DNA from: Acidobacteriaceae bacterium
GTDB taxonomy: Bacteria > Acidobacteriota > Terriglobia > Terriglobales > Acidobacteriaceae
DNA length: 64,000 nt
NCBI GenBank assembly: GCA_030037635.1
Contig: JASHQH010000321.1
Location: 10,571-74,570, forward strand
Reading direction: 5' to 3'
Below the pieces are notes generated by a model that made no database searches, was not told the DNA's origin, and saw only the letters and a list, made by a program, of their open reading frames with translations. Numbering within the stretch: position 1 is the stretch's first letter; the number at the start of each line of letters is the position of its first letter. Position numbers and translations under genes: made by a program. This document shows positions 38,586 to 45,986 of this stretch, one piece after another.

Positions 38586-38680
38586 CCCCTAATCCCTTAG
38601 CCCCTGTCTTCTGTTCCCTGTTCCCTGTTCCCTGTTCCCTGTTGCCTGTTGCCTGTTGCCCGTTGTCCTCAAGTCCTCAC
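38586..38680 (+). repeat. CCCT-array repeat, best copy
   Basis: CTGTCTT (CTGTTCC)x4 (CTGTTGC)x3 CCGTTGT at 38604-38666. Confidence 0.9.
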
Positions 38681-38695
38681 CCATTCTTCCGATAC
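38669..38695 (+). promoter_or_regulatory. Sigma28 (FliA)-like promoter candidate for the che operon
   Basis: TCAA-N15-TCCGATAC versus consensus TAAA-N15-GCCGATAA; about 60 nt upstream of cheA ATG. Confidence 0.25.
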
Positions 38696-38755
38696 ACCTC
38701 ATGAGTGCCCGCCGCGCCGGATGCTTTAACCCGGCCGGCGGCTCAAGTGTGCGCA

Positions 38756-41074
38756 ATGGACGATCTGACAAGGGAGTTCCTGATCGAGAGCCAGGAAGGC
38801 CTGGACCGCATGGAGCAGTGCTTGACCGAGCTCGAGGAGCGCCCGCAGGACGCAGCCCTGCTGGCCGAAATCTTCCGCTCCGTGCACACCATCAAGGGCA
38901 CTACGGGGTTCCTCGGCTTCAAGCGCCTCGAAAAACTTGCCCACGCCGGCGAAAGCCTCCTCGGCTTGCTGCGCGACGGCAAAATAACCGCCGATCCTCC
39001 CGTCATCACCGCGCTCCTCGAACTTCTCGACGGTTTGCGTGCCATCCTGAAGACCATCGAAGCTCAGCAGAACGAGGGCCAGGGCGACGATGCCGCTCTC
39101 ATCACGCACCTCGAGCAGTTGCAGGCTGCGGCCAGGTCTCCGAGTCCCCCGGTGTTGCCGGCCAAGCCGGCTCGCCGCGCCGCTCGGACTTCGCAGCCAC
39201 GTCGCTCCAAAGCCGGAGCCGAGCCCACGCCGCCCCCCTCCAGCGGCTTCACTGCCGCAACTCCCCCGCCCGTTGCCGCCGTCGCAACCGCCGAGCCGCA
39301 ACCGCCGGAATCCAGCAAACCTGCAGCCGTCGCTCACTCCGAGCCGATTCCCGCTGCTGCGGCCCCGGCCCCCAAAGGGCGCGCCACCGAATCCGCTTCC
39401 GCTGCAGAAAGCACCCTGCGCGTCGACGTCACCCTGCTCAACCGCATGATGAATCTCGTCGGCGAGCTCGTGCTTACGCGTAACCAGATCCTGCAGACAA
39501 CCGCCGCCGATCCCAGAATGACCATGCTCTCGCGCCGTCTCGATATGGTCACGGCAGACCTGCGCGAATCGGTGATGAAGGCCCGTATGCAGCCCGTCTC
39601 CCATGTGTTCTCCAAGATGCCCCGCATGGTGCGCGATCTCTGCCAGTCGCTGGGGCGCCGCGTGCGCCTCCTGATGGAGGGCCAGGAAACCGAGCTCGAC
39701 AAAAGCCTCCTCGAAGCCATCAAGGACCCGCTCACGCACGCCGTGCGCAACGCGCTCGACCATGGCATCGAGTCGCCCGCTGCGCGCGAGGCTGCCGGCA
39801 AAGACCCCGACGGCGTCCTCACTTTGCGCGCCGTCCAGGAGGGCAGCCACGTGGTCGTCGAAGTCTCTGACGATGGCGCAGGCATCGACGTCGACAGGAT
39901 TCGTGCCAAAGCCGTCGAGCGCGGGTTCGTCACCTCCGAGCGCGCCACTCAACTCACCGAGCGCGAAATCATGCAACTCATCTTCCTGCCCGGCTTCTCC
40001 ACCGCTGCGCAAGTTACCAATGTCAGCGGCCGCGGCGTGGGCATGGACGTCGTGCGCACCAACGTCGAAAAAATCGGCGGCAAGGTCGAAATCGACTCCC
40101 GCCCGGGCCGCGGAACCACCCTCCGCCTGCGCATTCCCCTTACTCTCGCCATCATCCCCGCTCTCATCGTGCGCAGCCTCAACCAGAGCTTCGCGCTTCC
40201 CCAGGCATCGCTCTCTGAGCTCGTCCATATCCCGCCTGAGCAGGCGGCCAGAGCAATCGAGTGGATCGATGACGCGCCGCTCTATCGCTTGCGCGGCTCG
40301 TTGCTCCCTCTGGTCTTCCTCCATCGTCTGCTCGAGTCCGGTCGCGAGTGCCAACTGGCCACGGATCGCGACAACTTCATCGCCGTGCTCGACGCCGATG
40401 GCCGCCGCTTCGGCCTCGTCGTCGATTCGCTCGCCGATCCCGAAGAAATTGTCGTCAAGCCCCTCTCCGCAGTCCTCAAAGACATCGGTCTCTACTCCGG
40501 AGCCACCGTCCTGGGCAACGCTGAACTGGCCTTGATCCTCGACCCCGGTTCCATCGCCCAGCACGCCGGCGTGGCCATGAGCAGCGAGGATGAGTCCGCA
40601 CTCTCAATCGATGAGTCCACCAGTGACGGGGCCGCCAAAGTGGAATACCTGCTGGTCGAAGTCGCCGGCCGCCGCGCCGCCGTGCCCCTCGCCGACGTGC
40701 TGCGCATCGAGCAGCTTCCGCTCGCGCGCATCGAGTACGTCGGCACACAGCCCGTTCTCAACTTCGATGGACAGTTGCTCCCGGTCGAGGATGCGGGCGC
40801 CATCCTGGATGCCGCGCCGGATCATGCCGTGGCCCAGGTTGTCATCGTGGTCTGCCGCGATGGCCATCGCCAGGTGGGCGTTGTCGTCTCGCACGTCCTC
40901 GACGTCGCCGCCGGTTCTTCGCTCTTCGAAGCCGGCACCGGCATTCCGGCCGGCAGCGTCACCCTTCTCAAGGAACACGTCACCGGTCTGGTCCGCCTGG
41001 GCTCGGGTGCAACCATCCCAGCGCAGCCAGCCGCTCCGGCAGACAGCAGTCTACTCATGGAGGCGGCGCAATGA
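38756..41074 (+). CDS. cheA: Chemotaxis histidine kinase CheA (Hpt, Pro-rich linker instead of P2, dimerisation, HATPase, two CheW-like domains)
   Basis: Hpt FRSVHTIKGTTG; HATPase DDGAGID and GRGVGMDVV; two CheW-like segments (40180-40560 and 40640-41000 approx.). Confidence 0.93.
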   Translation: MDDLTREFLIESQEGLDRMEQCLTELEERPQDAALLAEIFRSVHTIKGTTGFLGFKRLEKLAHAGESLLGLLRDGKITADPPVITALLELLDGLRAILKTIEAQQNEGQGDDAALITHLEQLQAAARSPSPPVLPAKPARRAARTSQPRRSKAGAEPTPPPSSGFTAATPPPVAAVATAEPQPPESSKPAAVAHSEPIPAAAAPAPKGRATESASAAESTLRVDVTLLNRMMNLVGELVLTRNQILQTTAADPRMTMLSRRLDMVTADLRESVMKARMQPVSHVFSKMPRMVRDLCQSLGRRVRLLMEGQETELDKSLLEAIKDPLTHAVRNALDHGIESPAAREAAGKDPDGVLTLRAVQEGSHVVVEVSDDGAGIDVDRIRAKAVERGFVTSERATQLTEREIMQLIFLPGFSTAAQVTNVSGRGVGMDVVRTNVEKIGGKVEIDSRPGRGTTLRLRIPLTLAIIPALIVRSLNQSFALPQASLSELVHIPPEQAARAIEWIDDAPLYRLRGSLLPLVFLHRLLESGRECQLATDRDNFIAVLDADGRRFGLVVDSLADPEEIVVKPLSAVLKDIGLYSGATVLGNAELALILDPGSIAQHAGVAMSSEDESALSIDESTSDGAAKVEYLLVEVAGRRAAVPLADVLRIEQLPLARIEYVGTQPVLNFDGQLLPVEDAGAILDAAPDHAVAQVVIVVCRDGHRQVGVVVSHVLDVAAGSSLFEAGTGIPAGSVTLLKEHVTGLVRLGSGATIPAQPAAPADSSLLMEAAQ

Positions 41075-41607
41075 GCACAGCGGGCGCCACTTTGCGTCGC
41101 AAACAGAAGGCCGAAGCCCTGGTCGAGGTTTGCTCGGTGCGCGTGGAATCGACTCTATTCGGCGTGCCCATCGACCACATTCTCGAGATCGTGGGCGGCG
41201 CCCGGCCTCAACCTGTGCCTCTGGCGCCCGACTATGTCGGCGGCCTCGTTCACTATCGTGGCGACGTGCTCACCACTGTCAGCCTGCGCCGCTTGCTCGA
41301 CCTCCCTGCCCGGGAAATCCCCAGCGATGTCCTGGTGCTCGAGAGCGCGGGAGGCTGCTTCGGACTTCTGGTTGACTCGGTGGGCGAGGTGTTGAGGGTT
41401 TCTGCGGCCGATTTCGAGCCCAACCCCTCCACCCTCGATCCCCGGCGCGGCGCATTGCTGGCCGGCGCTTACAAGCTCAAGGACGGCCTGCTGGTCATGC
41501 TCGATCCGCAACGCGTCGACCCCTTGCGGCTCGGCGCAGGTCACCCCGCCAGGGTCCAAAGCAGCGCCGAACGTGCTTCGGTGCGGAGGGAACCATGCGA
41601 GCGTTGA
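41071..41607 (+). CDS. cheW: Chemotaxis coupling protein CheW
   Basis: CheW fold pattern (LFGVPIDHILEI...GLLVDSVGEVL); ATGA overlap with cheA. Confidence 0.9.
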   Translation: MSTAGATLRRKQKAEALVEVCSVRVESTLFGVPIDHILEIVGGARPQPVPLAPDYVGGLVHYRGDVLTTVSLRRLLDLPAREIPSDVLVLESAGGCFGLLVDSVGEVLRVSAADFEPNPSTLDPRRGALLAGAYKLKDGLLVMLDPQRVDPLRLGAGHPARVQSSAERASVRREPCER

Positions 41608-41963
41608 TCGTCGACGACTCCCGCTTTGTGCGCGATTATGTGCGCAGCCTGCTCGAGGAAAAAGGAATCGAGTGCGAAGAAGCAGCCGACGGCCGCGCCG
41701 GCCTGGAGCTGCTGCACACCAGCGCCCCCTTCGATCTGGCCCTCGTGGATTGGAATATGCCCGTCATGAACGGCCTGGAAATGCTCACCCGCTTGCGCGC
41801 CGACGGTTTCCACGACCTGAAAGTGCTGATGGTCACCACCGAGGCTGAGAACGATTTCATCGTGCGCGCGCTCGAGGCCGGTGCCGACGAATATCTGATG
41901 AAGCCCTTCGACAACGAGGCTCTGCGCGAAAAGCTCGATCTGCTCGGACTCGTGGAGGCCTGA
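41595..41963 (+). CDS. cheY: Response regulator CheY
   Basis: Receiver motifs LIVDDS, DLALVDWNMPVMNG, TTEA, MKPF; overlaps cheW by 13 nt. Confidence 0.9.
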   Translation: MRALIVDDSRFVRDYVRSLLEEKGIECEEAADGRAGLELLHTSAPFDLALVDWNMPVMNGLEMLTRLRADGFHDLKVLMVTTEAENDFIVRALEAGADEYLMKPFDNEALREKLDLLGLVEA

Positions 41964-41966
41964 ACC

Positions 41967-43115
41967 ATGGCCCCCGGCTCCCCGGCGCGCATCCTCATCG
42001 TCGACGACTCGGCCGTCATGCGCCGCCTCCTGCGCTCCGTCATCACCTCCGACGCCCGGCTTGAAGTCGCAGGCGCCGCCGGTGACGGCTTATCGGCCCT
42101 GAACCTGGTCGACTTTGAGAGCCCCGACCTCATCCTCCTCGATGTCGAGATGCCGGTCATGGACGGCCTTGCGACTCTCCGCGAGTTGCGCGCCAGGGGT
42201 CACAAAATGCCCGTCATCATGTGCAGCTCTCTTACCCAGCACGGCGCCGGCGTCACCATCGAGGCCCTCGCCTCAGGCGCCGGCGACTACGTGGCCAAGC
42301 CCTCTGACCAGTCTGGCTGCGACCAGGCCATCCGCACCCTGGCACGCGACCTGATTCCCAAAATCCGTGCCTTGTTGCCTCATGCGCTCACGGCTCGCTC
42401 GTCCCCTGCTCCTCCGGCCGCACGATCCACACCGGCCCCGCTCGTTCCCTCCTTCGCTGTCGAGCCTCCCTGCTCCATCCCCACTGTTCTCGCCATCGGC
42501 GTCTCTACGGGCGGCCCTTCAGCCCTCGACGTGCTTCTTCCCGCGCTTCCGTCCGGTTTTCCGCTCCCCGTTCTCATCGTGCAGCACATGCCTGAAGTCT
42601 TCACGTGTCCCTTCGCTCAGCGCCTCAGCCGCCGCTGCTCCCTCAGCGTGCGCGAGGCCGCCGATGGCGAACCGGTTTCCCCGGGCGTCATCTACATCGC
42701 GCGCGGCAACTGGCACATGGAGACCCTCCCGGCTCTCCACCCCGGTACGGGGCCTTCCATCCACTTGAATCAGGCCCCGCCTGAAAACCACTGCCGCCCC
42801 GCAGTCGATGTCCTCTTTCGCAGCCTGGCCCGCGTCTATGGCGCGGGCGTTCTGGCCGTCGTGCTCACCGGCATGGGCAGCGATGGCCTTGTCGGCTGCC
42901 GCTTGATTCGCGCCCAAGGAGGCAGGGTGCTCGCCCAGGACCAGGCCACCAGCACCGTCTGGGGTATGCCGGGCGCAGTCGCCCAGGCCGGATTGGCCCA
43001 CAAAGTACTCCCCCTCGCCGCCATGGCTCCTGAAATCCTCAGGCTTTCCAACCGCGCCGGCGCCGCAGCCGCCCTTCGCAACCCTCCCGGCTCCCTCGAT
43101 CGCGTGGTGGTGTAG
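41967..43115 (+). CDS. cheB: Protein-glutamate methylesterase CheB
   Basis: N-terminal receiver (ILIVDDS, LDVEMPVMDG) plus C-terminal GVSTGGPSAL, VQHMP, TGMGSDG. Confidence 0.93.
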   Translation: MAPGSPARILIVDDSAVMRRLLRSVITSDARLEVAGAAGDGLSALNLVDFESPDLILLDVEMPVMDGLATLRELRARGHKMPVIMCSSLTQHGAGVTIEALASGAGDYVAKPSDQSGCDQAIRTLARDLIPKIRALLPHALTARSSPAPPAARSTPAPLVPSFAVEPPCSIPTVLAIGVSTGGPSALDVLLPALPSGFPLPVLIVQHMPEVFTCPFAQRLSRRCSLSVREAADGEPVSPGVIYIARGNWHMETLPALHPGTGPSIHLNQAPPENHCRPAVDVLFRSLARVYGAGVLAVVLTGMGSDGLVGCRLIRAQGGRVLAQDQATSTVWGMPGAVAQAGLAHKVLPLAAMAPEILRLSNRAGAAAALRNPPGSLDRVVV

Positions 43116-43117
43116 CT

Positions 43118-43957
43118 ATGGAACCGGCCACCACCCCCGACTACAGCTATCTGCGTCAGCTCGTCTTCGACCGCTCGCAGAACGTCCTTGATCCCTCGCG
43201 CGACTACCTCTTCGAGTCCCGGCTTTCCAAAGTCCTTCGCAACCAGGGCCTGTCGCGGGTCGACGAGCTCGTGCGTAAGCTGCGTTCGCAACCCAACCCG
43301 GCCCTCGAAAACTTTGTCGCTGAGGCCATGACCATCAACGAGACCAGCTTCTTCCGCGATCCACGCCTCTTCGAACTTTTGCGCAAGGAGCTCATCCCCG
43401 CTTTGATTGCCGCCCGCCAGCACGCGCGCACCCTCCGCTTCTGGAGCGCCGCCAGCTCCACGGGCCAGGAAGCCTACAGCCTGGCCATGCTGCTGCTCGA
43501 TTCCTTTCCCATGCTGGTCGGATGGAATCTCTCCATCGAAGGCACCGACCTCAGCGCCGAAGTCGTGGCGCGCGCCCAGGCTGGCCGTTACCACCGCATT
43601 GAGATCAACCGCGGCCTTCCCGCCCGTTTCGTGGTGCGCTACTTTGACCACGTCGGCGAAGACTGGATCGTCAAACCCGAGGTGCGCCGCCTCTGCAACT
43701 TTCGCCAGGCCAATCTTTGCGGCGCCAGGCCCGTGTTTCAGCGCGCATCTGACCGCATCGACGTCATCCTGCTGCGCAACGTCATGCTCTACTTCGGCCA
43801 GGATACCCGCAGCACGTTGCTCGCCGGCATCCATCGCCTGTTGCCTCCCGACGGCATCCTCGTTCTCGGATCCAGCGAACAACCCGGTGACCTTTCCCTT
43901 TGGGCCCCCGTCCTCGCCGGTGGCGCCTGCTTTTTCCGGCCGCGTCAGGCAACCTGA
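43118..43957 (+). CDS. cheR: Chemotaxis methyltransferase CheR
   Basis: INETSFFRD, FWSAASSTGQEAYSLAM, LLRNVMLYF. Confidence 0.93.
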   Translation: MEPATTPDYSYLRQLVFDRSQNVLDPSRDYLFESRLSKVLRNQGLSRVDELVRKLRSQPNPALENFVAEAMTINETSFFRDPRLFELLRKELIPALIAARQHARTLRFWSAASSTGQEAYSLAMLLLDSFPMLVGWNLSIEGTDLSAEVVARAQAGRYHRIEINRGLPARFVVRYFDHVGEDWIVKPEVRRLCNFRQANLCGARPVFQRASDRIDVILLRNVMLYFGQDTRSTLLAGIHRLLPPDGILVLGSSEQPGDLSLWAPVLAGGACFFRPRQAT

Positions 43958-43960
43958 AAA

Positions 43961-44070
43961 CCTCGGTCCCTTGGTCCCTGTTCCCTCCTGCCTGTTCCCT
44001 CGTCTCCGCCCCCTGCCGGGCCCTCCGGTGAGCGATCTTTGCCTGCTGCGGCAGCTTGCTCCCTGTTTTT
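43961..44070 (+). repeat. CCCT array plus B-module repeat copy
   Basis: CTCGGTCC CTTGGTCC CTGTTCC CTCCTGC CTGTTCC CTCGTCT then CCCTGCCGGGCCCTCCGGTGAGCGATCTTTGCCTGCTG; starts 3 nt after the cheR stop. Confidence 0.8.
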
Positions 44071-44196
44071 GCGCACAGAAAAGCGGCAGTCTAGGACTTT
44101 TGGCCCGGCTGCCGCTTGGAACGTGTTACGTACCCGTCTTGTTCTGTTTTTCCCCGCTTCTTTGTGCAGCAAAGATCGGGGATCGGGAAACCCTGC

Positions 44197-44925
44197 TTAA
44201 TTCATATCCAGCGAGAAACCCGCCCGCCGATTCTGCTGCCAGCACGACTCGCTATCCTGCGTGCAGAACGGCTTCTCCTTGCCGTAACTGACGATGCGGA
44301 TGCGATTGGCCTCCACGCCGTCGGCAATCAGCGCCTTCTCGGTGTACGCCGCCCGGTTCTGCCCCAGCGCCAGGTTGTACTCGTCTGAGCCGCGCTCGTC
44401 GCAGTAGCCGCCAATCACAATCTTCAAGCCCGGATGACTGCTCAGGAAGGCCGCATCGCGCGAGAGCGTGTTCTCGGCATCGTTGCGCACATTGTACTTG
44501 TCATAGTCGAAGAAGATGTCGCGCATGTTGGCCCGGAAAGCTTCTTCCGCGCTCATCGACGGAGTTCCCGCCGCGGCCGCTGGAGCCGCCATCACCGTCA
44601 CCCGCGCATCGTCTTCCGCCGTGCCTCCGGTCCCGCGCGCCATCAGGTGGTAGGTCGTCGACGTCGCCGGTGTCACAGTCTTCACGCCCGTGGCTGAAAC
44701 GTCGCCCAGGCCGTCAATCGTCACCGTCGCCGCGTTGGTCGTTCGCCATGTCAGCACCACGCTGTTGCCCGCCGTCACATCCGTGGGCGACGCCGTAATT
44801 GTCGCCGTAGGCGCCGGTGTTGCCGGCGGTGCCGTCGCAACCGTTTGCGGGGGAATATTCTTCTTGCAGCCCGCAAAGAGAACCGCCGCGGCCATCAGCA
44901 GAACAGGAACTGAAATTCGAGTCAT
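44197..44925 (-). CDS. OmpA/Pal-family peptidoglycan-binding lipoprotein with Ig-like middle domain
   Basis: Lipobox LFAGC; C-terminal DIFFDYDKYNV...GGYCDERGSDEYNLALGQNRA; ATG 44925 inside track ORF 44197..45093. Confidence 0.85.
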   Translation of the reverse strand: MTRISVPVLLMAAAVLFAGCKKNIPPQTVATAPPATPAPTATITASPTDVTAGNSVVLTWRTTNAATVTIDGLGDVSATGVKTVTPATSTTYHLMARGTGGTAEDDARVTVMAAPAAAAGTPSMSAEEAFRANMRDIFFDYDKYNVRNDAENTLSRDAAFLSSHPGLKIVIGGYCDERGSDEYNLALGQNRAAYTEKALIADGVEANRIRIVSYGKEKPFCTQDSESCWQQNRRAGFSLDMN

Positions 44926-45329
44926 TCGCTTCAAGGGATCACACTCCTTTTGAAACAAGCTTTGGGGATCGCACAAACACGCCATCCCGCGGCGCCGCGC
45001 TCCGCAACCGGGTTGAGGGACAATCCCGATGCCTGTGCGCAGCCCCTTCGGTATGGTTCGCCGCGAAAAGGGACCCTGAGAGAACCCGGTCACCCTTCAC
45101 CTCTGCCATCCCGGAGGGCGAGGATGCCGGTACCCGCGCGCGGCCTCACTTGCATCCGCGCAGGATCTTTCTGGGAAAATTGTGGAAGAATGATCTTCTG
45201 CTCCGCTGTCCCGTTTGGGACAGTGGGCGTAACGTTCGAGTGACCCCCGGCGCCGCTTCCCGCCGTTCGTCCCGCTGGAATCCGCCGATGGGCCGCTCTC
45301 TCGCAGGGTAGCTGGCCCGTAGCGCGCAC

Positions 45330-45986
45330 ATGGCAATCGACACCAAATCCGGCTTCGACGTCAATGCCTTCCTTGCCACTTCCGGATCGGGCCGCAAAAT
45401 CATCTCGCTCAAAAAGGCTGAGGTCTTCTTCGCGCAGGGCGATCCAGCCGACTGCGTCTTCTATCTCCACAAGGGCCGCGTCAAAATCTCCGTCATCTCC
45501 GCCGCGGGCAAGGAAGCCACCATCCGCCTCGTCTCCGCCCGTGACTTCTTCGGCGAAAAAGCCATGGAGCCCCAGCCCACGGTGCGCATCACCCGCGCCA
45601 CCGCACTCACTGACTGCACCGCGCTGCGCATCACGCGCTCTGAGTTCGTTCGCGTCATGCGCGAAGAACAGGCCTTCTCCTATCTCTTCTCGTCTTTTCT
45701 GCTCGCCTGCAGCATGCGCGCCCAGGCCGACCTCGTCGATCAGCTCTTCAATCGCGCGGAAAAGCGCCTTGCCCGCCTGCTCCTGCTCCTCGCCGAAAGC
45801 ACTCGCCCCGGCGAAGACGAAACCCTCATTCCGCAAATCTCGCAGGAAGCCCTCGCCAGCATGATCGGCAGCACCCGCCCCCGCGTCAACGCCTTCATGA
45901 ACCGCTTCCGCAAGCTCGGCTTCGTCGAGTACGACAGCCGCATCCGCGTCCACAAATCCCTGCTCAACGTCTTCTTGCGCGACTGA
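45330..45986 (+). CDS. Crp/Fnr-family transcriptional regulator
   Basis: cNMP-binding beta-roll (FFAQGDPADCVFYLHKGRVK) plus C-terminal HTH (SQEALASMIGSTRPRVNAFMNRF). Confidence 0.88.
   Translation: MAIDTKSGFDVNAFLATSGSGRKIISLKKAEVFFAQGDPADCVFYLHKGRVKISVISAAGKEATIRLVSARDFFGEKAMEPQPTVRITRATALTDCTALRITRSEFVRVMREEQAFSYLFSSFLLACSMRAQADLVDQLFNRAEKRLARLLLLLAESTRPGEDETLIPQISQEALASMIGSTRPRVNAFMNRFRKLGFVEYDSRIRVHKSLLNVFLRD

Noticed and set aside
38604-38666. Whether the short tandem arrays are CRISPR arrays
   Set aside because: The period is 7-8 nt with no unique spacers of 25-40 nt, and there are no cas genes. These are simple tandem or dispersed repeats, not CRISPR.
38726-40564. 612-aa ORF on the - strand, the longest unexplained ORF in the track
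   Set aside because: It is fully antisense to cheA, whose motifs are unambiguous. Its translation is Gly/Arg/Ala/Asp-rich with no recognisable motif. This is the typical stop-poor antisense frame of a high-GC gene.
44152-44182. Hairpin CCCCG..TCTTTG-TGCAG-CAAAGA..CGGGG downstream of the OmpA/Pal-family gene, considered as its terminator
   Set aside because: On the - strand it is followed by an A-rich run rather than a T-rich run, and the stem has bulges. It is not convincing as an intrinsic terminator.
45964-45986. 23-nt convergent overlap of the Crp/Fnr gene and the kinase gene 3' ends
   Set aside because: The overlap probably reflects only a non-conserved basic C-terminal tail of the kinase ORF. 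There is no evidence of a functional antisense arrangement.
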